A DNA stretch of 64,000 nucleotides, from assembly GCA_963665235.2 (NCBI GenBank), contig CAXXLX010000001.1, forward strand, positions 3,616,001 through 3,680,000, written 5' to 3'. Source of the stretch: Candidatus Poribacteria bacterium (GTDB lineage Bacteria > Poribacteria > WGA-4E > WGA-3G). Under the pieces are notes generated by a model. That model made no database searches, was not told the DNA's origin, and saw nothing but the letters and a program-made list of their open reading frames with translations. The position numbers and the translations under genes were made by a program. How positions within the stretch are numbered: position 1 is the first letter of the stretch; every line of letters starts with the position of its first letter. This document shows positions 18,263-28,858 of the stretch, piece after piece.

Positions 18263-19755
18263 CAATACCTTCACCAAAAAAAAGTTGACGAGATAGTGTA
18301 TATATCTTAAAATGATGGGTGAATCAAATAATAAAATCCTAAATAAAGGAAATTCACCCATGCAAGAGATTATATCAGTTTTATCGTTTTTGTGTCAATA
18401 TTTATGTTCAACAACGTTGCGTCAGTTATGTCGTGTAGTATTCGGTATGTTATCGATGACGGGTCGTGTGACGATGCGAAATATATCTCGTTGGACTCCG
18501 GAGGGCGGTAGTTACCGAACGGTTCAAAGACTTTTCAATACGGTCTTCCCGTGGCCTGTGCTATTTTGGGCATTTTTTCGTGAACATTTTCTGAATGTGG
18601 GTTACACCTATATTTTAGCCTGTGATGAGTGCGTAGCGTCGAAGTCAGGTTCGAAGACTTAGGGTTTAGATCGTTTTTTTCATCGGTGTATGGTAAATGT
18701 GTTAAGGGTATCTCGTTTTTTTCGGTATCGCTGGTATGTGTTGAGGAGAGAAAGTCTTATCCGATGTGTGTCCAGCAGTTAGTGCGTGGGACATCATCCG
18801 CGGGTGCTGAACCGGTGCGGGTTTCGAAAAGCGGTGGCAAACCGGGTCGTCCGAAAGGGAGCCGAAACAAGAACAAATGTGAGGTTGTTCTGGCCGATAG
18901 TTTGAAACAAGTTCAAACTATGGTGAAAGGTTTGTTAGCAGATATAGGTTGCAGTTTCCCCGTCAGTTACCTTGTGCTTGATGGTTTCTTCGGACATAAT
19001 AACGCTTTACAGATGACCAAACAGTGTGGGTTGTTTCTGATTTCCAAGTTACGCAGCAATGCTGCACTTTATTTTAGTCCTGAAAAGTCGCCTCACGGAC
19101 AGCGGGGGAGACCGGCGATTTATGGACCAACGCTTCAATCCATACCAAATAGCAGCCAAATACCGCGTCTGTATAGAGACAATAGGAAATATCACAACTG
19201 AGATTTATCAGATGCCTCTCCGAAGCAAAGCCTTCGCAGATGTGCTGAATGTCGTCTGCATTCAAAAGACGAACCTGACAACGAAACAGACATCATACGT
19301 CTTATTATTCAGCAACGACCTCGCTTTGGAAGCGGACAAAATGATTGGCTATTATGCCCTGCGTTTCCAAATAGAGTTCAACTTCCGGGATGCGAAACAG
19401 TATTGGGGATTGGCAGATTTTATGAATACCGGACAGACCCAAGTCACGAATGCACTCAACCTTTCATTATTTATGGTCAATGTCACAGAGAAACTTATGG
19501 CACCCTTTCGAAGACAGAACCCCGAGTTTAGCGTTTTAGACCTCAAAGCACACTATAGAGGGGCGAAGTATGTAGCGGAGGTATTAAAAATACTTCCGCA
19601 GGAACCTGAACTGATTGTTATTCAACAACTCAACGAACATATAGGAACCATTGGGGCCATACATCAAATACAACCCCGTATCGATACAGGGTAATTTGGT
19701 GAAGGTATTCACAGGAAAATGACCCAAAAACCGGGCATTTTTGGCGAACGTATTG
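18263..19755 (+). mobile_element. Degenerate IS element (DDE transposase, IS4/IS701-like superfamily)
   Basis: Left IR caataccttcaccaaaaa and right IR tttttggcgaacgtattg; 6-bp target duplication CGATAC (18257-18262 and 19756-19761); an extra internal IR at 19695-19710. Confidence 0.85.
18360..19694 (+). pseudogene. Transposase pseudogene (stop at 18660 plus two frameshifts)
   Basis: Fragments GRVTMRNISRW, ACDE, VLDGFFG, ISKLR and YALRFQIEFNFRDAKQYWGL lie in three frames. Confidence 0.9.
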
Positions 19756-19803
19756 CGATACGAGAGGATATTCAAATGCCTGAGAAGGAGGAGGACAATC
19801 AAA

Positions 19804-21081
19804 ATGCAAACTGAAGAAAACAGGTCCCATCATCAGAAGTACATTGTTATTGTTGGTGAGTCATCCGATACCCTGAAAAGTTTAAGCAATTTCCTTGAAC
19901 AGAACGGGTATGAAGTCTCTATCGATGCAGAGGGCAGTGATATACTGCGTCAACTTGTGAGCACAAATCCAGGTGTGCATCTGTATCTATTAGCACCTCA
20001 GGTCATGTCTACCTCTCCTGTGGTGCAGAAAGAGAAAGACGAAGCACTTTCTACAAGAAATCTATTGCACGGGGATTACACAGAAATCGTAGGTGAAAGT
20101 TCACAACTTTTTAAAGTTTTCACCCAAATTGAGCAGGTTGCACATACGGATGCAAAGGTGCACATTTATGGCGAGACAGGAACTGGCAAAGAGTTGGTAG
20201 CGCGTGCCTTGCACCGAAACAGCAATCGCTCGGGGGAAGCGATGGTTACTGTCAATTGTGCTGCATTTCCAGAGAACTTGATGGAAGATGAACTCTTTGG
20301 GCATGAAAAGGGGGCCTTTACCGGTGCAAACACACAACGTATCGGTAAGTTTGAAAGAGCGCATAAAGGGACGTTATTCCTTGATGAAATCGGGGCGATG
20401 CCGCTCTCACTTCAACCGAAGTTGTTACGGGTGGTTGAGGCAGGTGAGATTGAACGCATCGGGGCCGAAAAACCAATTCCGGTGGATGTCAGAATTGTGT
20501 CAGCTACTAACCAAAACCTTCAGCAAGCTGTTGAAAACGGTATGTTCCGCGAGGACCTCTATTATCGGTTAAATGTATTTTCTATCTTCTTACCCCCTTT
20601 GCGAGAACGGAGACAGGACATTCGCTGTTTAGCTGAACACTTTTTAAAAAAATATAACGAAAACTCTAAGCAAACACATCGTAAAATAGCATTGCAGACG
20701 CATATTTTGCTCCAAAACTACGCCTGGCCCGGAAATGTCCGCGAACTTGAGAACGCCATGAAAAGCGCGGTTATTCGTGCACAGGGCGGAGATATTTTAC
20801 CAGAACACTTTCTGGAAAGAATATGGACAAGGCAATCGAGGAACCTGGACTTATCGGGGGAGAGACAAATCCCTGGAGCAGAACGCACACTCAGTCTTCC
20901 TATCGGAACATCCATGAAACAGATAGAGAAAGCATTTATCTTGAACACTTTAGCAGAAATGGATGGAAATCGCACGAAAACCGCAGCGGTACTGCAAATT
21001 AGCTTGCGTTCGTTGCAAAACAAATTAAAAACTTACTCTCAAAGGGAGGAAGTAGACAAGCACAGAGACCTACCCTTGTAG
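19804..21081 (+). CDS. sigma54-dependent transcriptional activator (NtrC/Fis family) with degenerate receiver-like N-terminus
   Basis: GETGTGKE, ELFGHEKGAFTGA, LFLDEIG, FREDLYYRL and WPGNVREL motifs; C-terminal Fis HTH; RBS aggaggag. Confidence 0.92.
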   Translation: MQTEENRSHHQKYIVIVGESSDTLKSLSNFLEQNGYEVSIDAEGSDILRQLVSTNPGVHLYLLAPQVMSTSPVVQKEKDEALSTRNLLHGDYTEIVGESSQLFKVFTQIEQVAHTDAKVHIYGETGTGKELVARALHRNSNRSGEAMVTVNCAAFPENLMEDELFGHEKGAFTGANTQRIGKFERAHKGTLFLDEIGAMPLSLQPKLLRVVEAGEIERIGAEKPIPVDVRIVSATNQNLQQAVENGMFREDLYYRLNVFSIFLPPLRERRQDIRCLAEHFLKKYNENSKQTHRKIALQTHILLQNYAWPGNVRELENAMKSAVIRAQGGDILPEHFLERIWTRQSRNLDLSGERQIPGAERTLSLPIGTSMKQIEKAFILNTLAEMDGNRTKTAAVLQISLRSLQNKLKTYSQREEVDKHRDLPL

Positions 21082-21097
21082 TAGAAGGAGTTTACCC

Positions 21098-22369
21098 ATG
21101 AAAGTCACAAATGTAGAACGGGTCATCGTTGATGTGCCCTTTACATCACGTCAACAAGAAATTACGACCCAAAGCGTCTCAACTGTTTACAACTGGTCAC
21201 TTCTCGAACTGTGCAAGGTGACGACAGACACTGGACATATCGGATGGGGGGAGACCGTCATCCACTATACCTACCGCCGCGTGAGTGACGGAAGCGTGCA
21301 ACGCGTGCTTGGACAGAGTCCCGCGGCACACATGAACGACGATTCACTCGGTGCTGGACTACAGATGGCACTCTTTGATGTCGTCGGTAAAATCTTAGAG
21401 GTGCCAGTTTATCAACTGCTCGGCACACAGTGTCGCGAGGCTGTGCCTATCTCATGGTGGAGCATCGATGCATCACCGGAGAATTGGGCAGCGGAAGCAG
21501 CGGAAGCAGTGGAGAAGGGGTATACCAGCTTTAAAAACAAACCGCGCCCCTGGTGGGATATTGTCAAGCAGGTGGAGGCGGTCGCTGAAGTCGTTCCCAC
21601 TGACTTCAAATTGGATTTAGACCCGAACGCCTCGCTGCGTGATGCTGCGACCGCTATCCCAATTCTGCGAAAACTCGCCGCCCACCCAAACGTAGCCATC
21701 TTTGAATCTCCAATTCCGCAGAGCGATGTGGAAGGGAATAAACAGATTCGGCAAACGATTGATTGTCCAATTGCGATGCATTTCGGGTCACCGCCCTATA
21801 CCACCTGTGTGCGTGAAGACGTATGCAACGGTTTTGTCATCGGTGGGGGCAAGTCGCAGGTGATGCGTGAGGGATACCTCAGCGCAGCAGCGGATATGCC
21901 GTTTTGGCTCCAAATCGTCGGCAACGGTCTGACGACAACCTGGGCCGCGCACCTCGGAAGCGTGCTCACCCATGCCACTTGGCCAGCAATTACCTGTATC
22001 AATCTTTACAGCGAACATCTGCTCACAAAACCGATTCAAGTTTCAGAGGGGGGCCATACCGTTCCCGATTCACCCGGCTTAGGGGTTGAGGTGGATGAAG
22101 CGGCGATAGAACGTTTCCGTGTGCCTACTGAAAAATTGGATGCAGATGGTTACACCATTCACCCGGAACCGCGGATACTCAAGACAGCCGTTTATCCGGA
22201 TGGAAGTTGTATCCATATAGCCGGCGACGGTTTGAGCTATTTCAACGCAGGAAACGGCCACGCTTATGTTGAAGGCGCACGGCTTGAACTCACCTTTGAC
22301 GATGGCACAAAAGAATGGACGGACCTGTTTGAGAAGGCGCGGGAAACACCCGTGCATGCACAGTGGTAA
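21098..22369 (+). CDS. Mandelate racemase/muconate lactonizing enzyme family protein
   Basis: GWGE, ALFDVVGK..VPVYQLLG, KxK, LDPN, FESP and PGLGVEVDE motifs. Confidence 0.88.
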   Translation: MKVTNVERVIVDVPFTSRQQEITTQSVSTVYNWSLLELCKVTTDTGHIGWGETVIHYTYRRVSDGSVQRVLGQSPAAHMNDDSLGAGLQMALFDVVGKILEVPVYQLLGTQCREAVPISWWSIDASPENWAAEAAEAVEKGYTSFKNKPRPWWDIVKQVEAVAEVVPTDFKLDLDPNASLRDAATAIPILRKLAAHPNVAIFESPIPQSDVEGNKQIRQTIDCPIAMHFGSPPYTTCVREDVCNGFVIGGGKSQVMREGYLSAAADMPFWLQIVGNGLTTTWAAHLGSVLTHATWPAITCINLYSEHLLTKPIQVSEGGHTVPDSPGLGVEVDEAAIERFRVPTEKLDADGYTIHPEPRILKTAVYPDGSCIHIAGDGLSYFNAGNGHAYVEGARLELTFDDGTKEWTDLFEKARETPVHAQW

Positions 22370-22455
22370 GCGAAAGTCGAGGACACACAAATTGACATAA
22401 GTTGCGAAATAGGGTACTATTAAACGAAATAGCACTTACATGATAGGAGGGATTA

Positions 22456-23613
22456 GTGAAAACATATCGCGTTGCTATCTTAGGATGCCGGAGCCGCGGC
22501 ACGTCCGCAGCAAAGGCATATCATGCGCATCCGCGCACAGAAATCGTGGCACTCTGCGACCTCGTTCAGGAACGGTTAGAAGCACTCGGTAATCTCGTGA
22601 ACGTCTCAACGCATTTCACAGATTTGGACGAGATGATTCAGCAGACCGCCCCAGATATTGTTGTAATCCCGACAGCAACAAATCTGCATTATCCGCTTTG
22701 CATGCGTGTCCTTGAACACGGCGTGAACATTGAAGTAGAGAAACCGCTCTGCGTTGATTTAGTCCAAGCGGATGCAATTATAGCGAAAGCGGAAGAGAAA
22801 AACGCCCGCGTTGTCGTCCATCATCAACGGCGGGTCGGCCCGACGATGCAGGCAGTTGCAAAAGCGGTTGAAGAAGGAAAAATCGGCCAGCTACGGTATA
22901 TCTATGCCAGCGGCAAAGGGTATTATGCTGGCTACGGGTTGATGAACATCGGCACACATGTTGTCAACAATATGCTCCGTTTCGGCGGGCATTGTCGGAG
23001 CGTTGTAACACAGGCAACCGCAGGTGGGCGTTCACTCATGCCTGAAGATGTTATCCCCTCCCCAGCTGGCATGGGAACAGTTGCTGGCGAATACACGACC
23101 TCAACGTTTCAGTTCGATGGAAATGTCACGGGCACCCTGATTCAACACCGTTTTCCAAAGGTGGATACCGATGCGTATGTCATGGAACTCTACGGCACTG
23201 AAGGCAGACTCTTCTGGTCTGAACTGAAAGGTTCATGGTGGTTACCTACACCCCACTTTGTTCCGGATGGTACACATGACCGATGGGAAAAACTTGCCCC
23301 TATCCATCCCGAAAGTTTTGACGCGGGTAAAGGGGCAGATGCTGATGACTACGGTATCGTTGAAGAATATGTGAACGCGCTCGACGAGAACCGCGAACAC
23401 GAATGCAGCGGAGAAGAGGGCCGCCACGTCATTGAAATACTCATGGGTATCTTTGAGTCTGCTATCTACGGCATACGGGTAGACCTGCCACAGAAAAACC
23501 GGGAGCACCCTTTGCTAAAATGGCGAGATGAGCTTGGACTCGGTGCCCCGAACGAGATGCCGCGCGACTACGGCAGCTGGTTATCACAAGAGGATAAACG
23601 GTTGTACCGATAA
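22456..23613 (+). CDS. Gfo/Idh/MocA oxidoreductase
   Basis: VAILGC and VEKP motifs; TTGACA-17-TACTAT promoter at 22392-22420. Confidence 0.88.
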   Translation: MKTYRVAILGCRSRGTSAAKAYHAHPRTEIVALCDLVQERLEALGNLVNVSTHFTDLDEMIQQTAPDIVVIPTATNLHYPLCMRVLEHGVNIEVEKPLCVDLVQADAIIAKAEEKNARVVVHHQRRVGPTMQAVAKAVEEGKIGQLRYIYASGKGYYAGYGLMNIGTHVVNNMLRFGGHCRSVVTQATAGGRSLMPEDVIPSPAGMGTVAGEYTTSTFQFDGNVTGTLIQHRFPKVDTDAYVMELYGTEGRLFWSELKGSWWLPTPHFVPDGTHDRWEKLAPIHPESFDAGKGADADDYGIVEEYVNALDENREHECSGEEGRHVIEILMGIFESAIYGIRVDLPQKNREHPLLKWRDELGLGAPNEMPRDYGSWLSQEDKRLYR

Positions 23614-23671
23614 CTAAGGACATCGTAGCAACATCCCGGTCAATGCAAAATGTTTAGAGGAGGAGTAATTT

Positions 23672-24478
23672 ATGCCAAATCCTACGACGAATGCTGACAA
23701 TTTATCGCCAATACCGTTGACAGAAGAACAGAGATTTCTCTTTGACACCCGCGGCTGGTTATTAATTCCGGGCGTGTTAAGCGAAACAGAGGTCAAAGAG
23801 ATGCGCGAATTCTGTTATCAACTTAAACGGGAACCGGAAACAATCCCAGAACATCATCGTTCCTCCATCGGAGGTCCCCTGGAATCGTTGACAGACCACC
23901 CGGTTGTGTTCGGTTTCATGAACGAATTTTTGACATCCGGGTACGCGAACGAGAACTGCTACGGTTTCCGGTTGGAGGGCACATTCCTTACAATCCGCGG
24001 AAACGGACACGACAACTTTCGACCGCACGGGGGCCGCGGGATGCTCAATTTTCCGGGCAACTCACACACGTATCACTTACATCATGATAGAGCACACAGC
24101 GGTTTGACGAGAGTCGTCTGGGAACTAAACCCTGTTAAAGAACGTGGCGGCGGAACGATGTTCCTGACCGGCAGCCATAAAGGTGCGTTTCCGTCCCCCA
24201 AATCAACTGCCGACAGGAATTCGCCGCTATGGGAGGATTACAATTGTCCCGCTGGTTCAGTCCTTATTTTTACGGAAGCCATCACGCATACCGGCGCGAA
24301 ATGGACAGACGACACGGTTGACCGCGTTGCAATTTTTCACTGCTATAATACCGTCGGCAACAAGTGGCACAAGTGGCAGCCGCATCCGAAACATGTCGAA
24401 GAGATGCCGTTCAAACGTCAGACGCTTTTCCGTCCGGTGTATTGTCAGGATAATACGCCAACGTTGGATGCAGTGTAG
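23672..24478 (+). CDS. Phytanoyl-CoA dioxygenase (PhyH) family protein
   Basis: LTEEQRFLFDTRGWLLIPGVL, GSHK and AGSVLIFTEAITH motifs. Confidence 0.85.
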   Translation: MPNPTTNADNLSPIPLTEEQRFLFDTRGWLLIPGVLSETEVKEMREFCYQLKREPETIPEHHRSSIGGPLESLTDHPVVFGFMNEFLTSGYANENCYGFRLEGTFLTIRGNGHDNFRPHGGRGMLNFPGNSHTYHLHHDRAHSGLTRVVWELNPVKERGGGTMFLTGSHKGAFPSPKSTADRNSPLWEDYNCPAGSVLIFTEAITHTGAKWTDDTVDRVAIFHCYNTVGNKWHKWQPHPKHVEEMPFKRQTLFRPVYCQDNTPTLDAV

Positions 24479-24573
24479 TTCCCCCGCGTTTGTTTATTAG
24501 GGGACGGGTCCCAAAAATTTGACAGGACCGGCGGATTTTGGTATAATACATTAGATCCGTATAACCGAAAAGG

Positions 24574-25572
24574 ATGTTCTCTATGATGATAGGAAATGTA
24601 AATCCGCCACTAATACGCGAACGGAAAATCATATTGCCCGATAGGCAACTTGTCCTTCCAAAGCGGTTCGACCATGTCACAAAACGGCGCATCCGCAGGG
24701 ACCCCCAGGGCTTCCTTGCAAATATCCTCGGCATAGAGACTGAAGCGTCTGAAATCATTGAAACCGAACAGCTTTCAATGAAGACACACCTTGCCGATAG
24801 CTTCATACTTGTGACTATTGGCGGGAAACAAGCGATTGTGCACTGTGAGTTTCAGACACACGATAGTAGAGACGTGCCGATGCCGTTCCGCATGGCTGGT
24901 TACATCGGCACGGGTATTGAGGCTTACAAACTCCCTATCTATTCTCATGTCATCTATCTGCATCCAAAAGCAGGAGCTACCGACCCGGGGCAATACGTAC
25001 AGGAAATTCCGGGGTATAATATTTTTATCCAATATCGCGTGCTTAGACTCGCGAAAATTGATGGACAACCCCTTCTAGATGCGAATCGGATAGGGCTTGT
25101 TCCGTTCGCTATATTGATGAAACCGCCTGCACAGGTAGATATGCCGGAATGGATTCGACGATGTGTGCGGACAGTTGAGGCAAGTTCACAAGATGAATCA
25201 CAGAAAATAGAGTCGCTCGCAGACCTAGCTATTCTGGGCGGCTTAGCCCACGAGTATGAAAGTATTCGTGAAATTATAATGGAGGAAGCCGTGCAAGAAT
25301 CTTCTACCATCCAATACTTTACTGAAAAAGGGTTCGAACAAGGACGAGAAGAAGGCATTCAACTCGGTATCCAGCAAGCCGAAAAAATGAGTATCCGCAA
25401 AGTCGTGCTAGCGACATTAGCTGCGAAATTTGAACCCGATGTAGCGGACACGTTAAAACCGCACCTTGAGGTCATTGACGATATTGAACGTCTGAATGCG
25501 CTCATAGAAGCCGCCGTACAAGCAGATAGCCTTGATGACTTCACACGCGCCTTGCTCGGCCTCAAAAACTGA
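24574..25572 (+). CDS. Rpn/YhgA-like recombination-promoting nuclease (PD-(D/E)xK putative transposase)
   Basis: ADSF..HCEFQT, MPFRM..Y, P....VIYL and GFEQGREEGIQLG repeat; own TTGACA-17-TATAAT promoter at 24519-24547; start uncertain. Confidence 0.85.
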   Translation: MFSMMIGNVNPPLIRERKIILPDRQLVLPKRFDHVTKRRIRRDPQGFLANILGIETEASEIIETEQLSMKTHLADSFILVTIGGKQAIVHCEFQTHDSRDVPMPFRMAGYIGTGIEAYKLPIYSHVIYLHPKAGATDPGQYVQEIPGYNIFIQYRVLRLAKIDGQPLLDANRIGLVPFAILMKPPAQVDMPEWIRRCVRTVEASSQDESQKIESLADLAILGGLAHEYESIREIIMEEAVQESSTIQYFTEKGFEQGREEGIQLGIQQAEKMSIRKVVLATLAAKFEPDVADTLKPHLEVIDDIERLNALIEAAVQADSLDDFTRALLGLKN

Positions 25573-25594
25573 ATTCGATAAGAGGCAGGATAAA

Positions 25595-26728
25595 ATGGAA
25601 ATTACTGAAGTCAAATCGTTTGTTTCATCAACAGGACATTTCTTCGTCAAGGTAGAAACCGATGCCGGTATATTCGGCCTTGGGGAGGGAGGTTTACGCC
25701 GCCGCGCCCTTGCCTTAGCTGAGGTCGTTCGCTCGTTTGAACCCTTCCTTATCGGTGCTGACCCGTTTCAGATTGAGCATCTGTGGCAGGTCATGTTCCG
25801 TGGTGGATTCTTCCCGGGTGGTGTCGTTCAATCGGCAGCGGTCAGTGCTGTAGATATTGCACTGTGGGACATCAAGGGAAAGGCACTAAATGTCCCTGTT
25901 TATGAGCTGTTAGGCGGGCGCACAAGAGACAAGGTCGTCTGCTATCCGCATAATGGCGGCGGTACAATTGATGCCCTCGTTGAGAGCTGCCGTCAAACGC
26001 ACGAGGCTGGTTGGAAATTTGTACGATGGGGGTTAGCAGATAGTGCCGGCGGGGGAACATTTGAACCGAGACGCGCTGTGCAATACGGCATCCAACAGGT
26101 GCAGGCAGTCCGTGAAGCATTAGGCGATGCTGTTGAAATTCTCGTCGATGTGCACACCCGTCTTGACCCCGCAGACAGTCTCGAATTTTGTAAGAAGGTT
26201 GAGCCCTATACCCCATTTTTCATCGAAGACCCGCTTCGGAGCGAAAACCCGGCAAGCCTTAAACGTCTTCGCCAACAGACCTCTGTCCCGATTGCTGTCG
26301 GCGAGCAATTTGATAGCAAATGGGCATTCCGACAAGCAATTGAAGAGGACCTGATGGATTATTGTCGTGTTGACGTGTGTATTGCTGGAGGTTTGACAGA
26401 AGCGCGTAAAATTGCTGGTTGGTGCGAAACGCATTATATCCATTTGGCACCACACAATCCGCTCGGGCCGGTTTCTACGGCAGCGTGTCTGCATCTCTGT
26501 TTATCATCCTCACTTGTCGGTGTGCAGGAGCTCCCGCGCGCGCCGATGTCTTCACTAACGGATGTGTTCCCAGTGCAGGTACCGTTTGAAGCGGGGTACC
26601 TCTTACCGCCTGAAGCCCCCGGGCTCGGTATTGAATTCAACGAAGCAGCACTCACCGATGTATCAACACAAGAATATGGGGCCCCTTACGGTTATCAACG
26701 CGATGACGGTTCTTATACCAACTGGTAG
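25595..26728 (+). CDS. Enolase-superfamily acid-sugar dehydratase (galactonate dehydratase-like)
   Basis: VKVETDAG, ALWDIKGK, VDVH, FIEDP, GE and APHNP motifs. Confidence 0.88.
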   Translation: MEITEVKSFVSSTGHFFVKVETDAGIFGLGEGGLRRRALALAEVVRSFEPFLIGADPFQIEHLWQVMFRGGFFPGGVVQSAAVSAVDIALWDIKGKALNVPVYELLGGRTRDKVVCYPHNGGGTIDALVESCRQTHEAGWKFVRWGLADSAGGGTFEPRRAVQYGIQQVQAVREALGDAVEILVDVHTRLDPADSLEFCKKVEPYTPFFIEDPLRSENPASLKRLRQQTSVPIAVGEQFDSKWAFRQAIEEDLMDYCRVDVCIAGGLTEARKIAGWCETHYIHLAPHNPLGPVSTAACLHLCLSSSLVGVQELPRAPMSSLTDVFPVQVPFEAGYLLPPEAPGLGIEFNEAALTDVSTQEYGAPYGYQRDDGSYTNW

Positions 26729-26785
26729 GGAAAAGTTTTTTGAGTGGATTCAACTTGGAAAAACCCGACAAAAAGGAGAAATATT

Positions 26786-27976
26786 ATGACAACTGCTGAA
26801 ATTAAAGCGATGGCGACAGAATATATTATTAACACCTACGGTGACAGAAGCCTTGCATTCGCTAAAGGTGAGGGGCCCTATTTGTGGGACGCGGAGGGGA
26901 AGAAATATCTTGACTTCCTCGGTGGGCTCGCTGTCAACGGTTTGGGGCATTGCCACCCAAACGTCGTCGCCGCTATCCGTGAGCAGGCAGGCAAACTGTT
27001 GCACACATCTAATCTTTACTATATACAACCGCAGGCAGAACTAGCGAAACTTCTGATTGACAACTCCGATATGCATCAGTGCTTTTTCTGTAATAGCGGG
27101 GCTGAAGCAAACGAGGCTGCAATTAAACTCGCGCGGAAATACACCAAAGACAGCGGTAGAACGGATGCTTACGAAATCATTACGATGGAGAATTCGTTCC
27201 ACGGACGTACGATGGCAACTATCACTGCCACCGCACAAACGAAATACCACGTCGGCTTTGAACCGATGCTTGAAGGTTTTAAGTACGTCCCGTTTGATGA
27301 CTTGGAATCAACCGAAGCGGCTATTAGCGAAAAAACCTGTGCTATTCTCGTAGAACCGATTCAATCTGAAGGCGGAGTCAATATGCCCAGCCAAGGTTAC
27401 CTAAATGGCCTCCGCAATCTATGTGATGAAAACAATCTGTTGCTCATCTTCGACGAGGTCCAAACCGCTATGGGCAGATTGGGCACCTTTTTCGGATACC
27501 AAAGCTACGGTGTTGTCCCCGATGTGATTACAATGGCAAAGGCACTCGGAAGCGGTGTCCCTATCGGGGCTATGCTGGCGAAACGGGAGATAGCAGCGAG
27601 TTTCGTCCCGGGCACCCACGCGGCAACTTTCGGTGGCAATCCATTGGTCACTGCAGCCGCAGCAGCAACCGTCAGAACCATTTTGGAAGAAAATCTCGCT
27701 GTGAATGCCGTTAAAATGGGAAATTATCTCGCTGGCGGACTGATGGAACTCAAGGAGAACTACCCGGTTAAAGAGGTCCGCGGAAAAGGGTTGCTGCGCG
27801 GCTTAGTCATGGAGGTCGATGCTAAACCGCTCGCCGCAAAGTGTATTGAAAACGGGTTGGTCACTATTTGCACTAACGATTACGTCCTACGTTTCCTACC
27901 CCCACTCAATATCAATTCTGGCCATGTTGAAGAAGCTGTTAATATCGTTGAAAAATCGATGTCCGAGGTCCTGTAG
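26786..27976 (+). CDS. argD: Acetylornithine aminotransferase
   Basis: NSGAEANEAA, SFHGRT, EPIQSEGG, DEVQT, MAKALG and HAATFGGNP motifs. Confidence 0.9.
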   Translation: MTTAEIKAMATEYIINTYGDRSLAFAKGEGPYLWDAEGKKYLDFLGGLAVNGLGHCHPNVVAAIREQAGKLLHTSNLYYIQPQAELAKLLIDNSDMHQCFFCNSGAEANEAAIKLARKYTKDSGRTDAYEIITMENSFHGRTMATITATAQTKYHVGFEPMLEGFKYVPFDDLESTEAAISEKTCAILVEPIQSEGGVNMPSQGYLNGLRNLCDENNLLLIFDEVQTAMGRLGTFFGYQSYGVVPDVITMAKALGSGVPIGAMLAKREIAASFVPGTHAATFGGNPLVTAAAAATVRTILEENLAVNAVKMGNYLAGGLMELKENYPVKEVRGKGLLRGLVMEVDAKPLAAKCIENGLVTICTNDYVLRFLPPLNINSGHVEEAVNIVEKSMSEVL

Positions 27977-28858
27977 ATGAGATATCCCTCCTCACCATTT
28001 GTAGGCGTGAGCTTCAGTGCGCCATGGCAACGTTTCATGCTCTGTCTACTTTTCTTAGTGGCGATAACCAGCAGCGGTTGTGGAGGTAAGGCTCCTAATG
28101 TTGGTCCATCTACAACGAATATGTCCCGATTTGACGCGCTCCGGGGTACACTGCAGGAAAGATATGACCTCACAGGCTCTCTAAAAATTACGAAGATGAA
28201 GGTAGTAATTGCTGAGGGCGACCGGCATGACGAACTCCGCGAGTTGCTATGGTATAAAAGGGCTGAAGATGGGAGTGAACTCCTCCACATCCAAGCGTTG
28301 GGTGTGCCACTCTATGAAACAAGGGCAGTTGTTATTGCAAATCGCAATCAATTTATGCTCCGCCTTATCAATGAACAGGAGGCATATTTAGGTGAATTAT
28401 CCGATGGCGTTTTGCGCCAAATCTTCGGTATTGACCTGCGCGTGTCGGATGTGCTCAGTGCTATTTTCGCCAACCCGTTTCTGGATGGCCGCATTGCGGA
28501 GCTGAAGGTTGTCACATCAGGTAACAAATTCGTTGTAACGCGCCCGGGTGCGGAAGAGGGAGCCGTAGAAACGATTGTGCTCTTCGTCCGAGATGACGAA
28601 CCGCGTGTGACAGAATGGCGTATCAGCGATAAAAATGGTGAACTTCAACAGCGCATCGTTTTCTCAGACTATCAGGAGGTTGATGGTATCCTCCGACCCC
28701 ACACGGTTGAAATTGAGCGGCCCCTCGAAGAGACTCAAGTCGTTGTGAAAATCGCTGAGGTACAACTGAACGTTGAGATTAAGGACAGCAAATTCGACTT
28801 CACCCCGTTTCTCACAGAGGATGTCACAATTAAATTGTTGACAGATGTGCCGAAATGA
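27977..28858 (+). CDS. Lipoprotein with probable LolA/LolB-like fold (DUF4292-like)
   Basis: Lipobox SSGC; C-terminal FSDYQEVDG..RP..VEI...VQLN...D.KF; occupies the lolB position upstream of ispE. Confidence 0.55.
   Translation: MRYPSSPFVGVSFSAPWQRFMLCLLFLVAITSSGCGGKAPNVGPSTTNMSRFDALRGTLQERYDLTGSLKITKMKVVIAEGDRHDELRELLWYKRAEDGSELLHIQALGVPLYETRAVVIANRNQFMLRLINEQEAYLGELSDGVLRQIFGIDLRVSDVLSAIFANPFLDGRIAELKVVTSGNKFVVTRPGAEEGAVETIVLFVRDDEPRVTEWRISDKNGELQQRIVFSDYQEVDGILRPHTVEIERPLEETQVVVKIAEVQLNVEIKDSKFDFTPFLTEDVTIKLLTDVPK

Noticed and set aside
4094-18662. TAG readthrough/recoding (in-frame TAG-GGT-T at 4094 and 18660)
   Set aside because: TAG terminates many intact genes here (for example 11464, 21081, 27976), both genes carry other lesions, and no suppressor or pyl machinery is seen.
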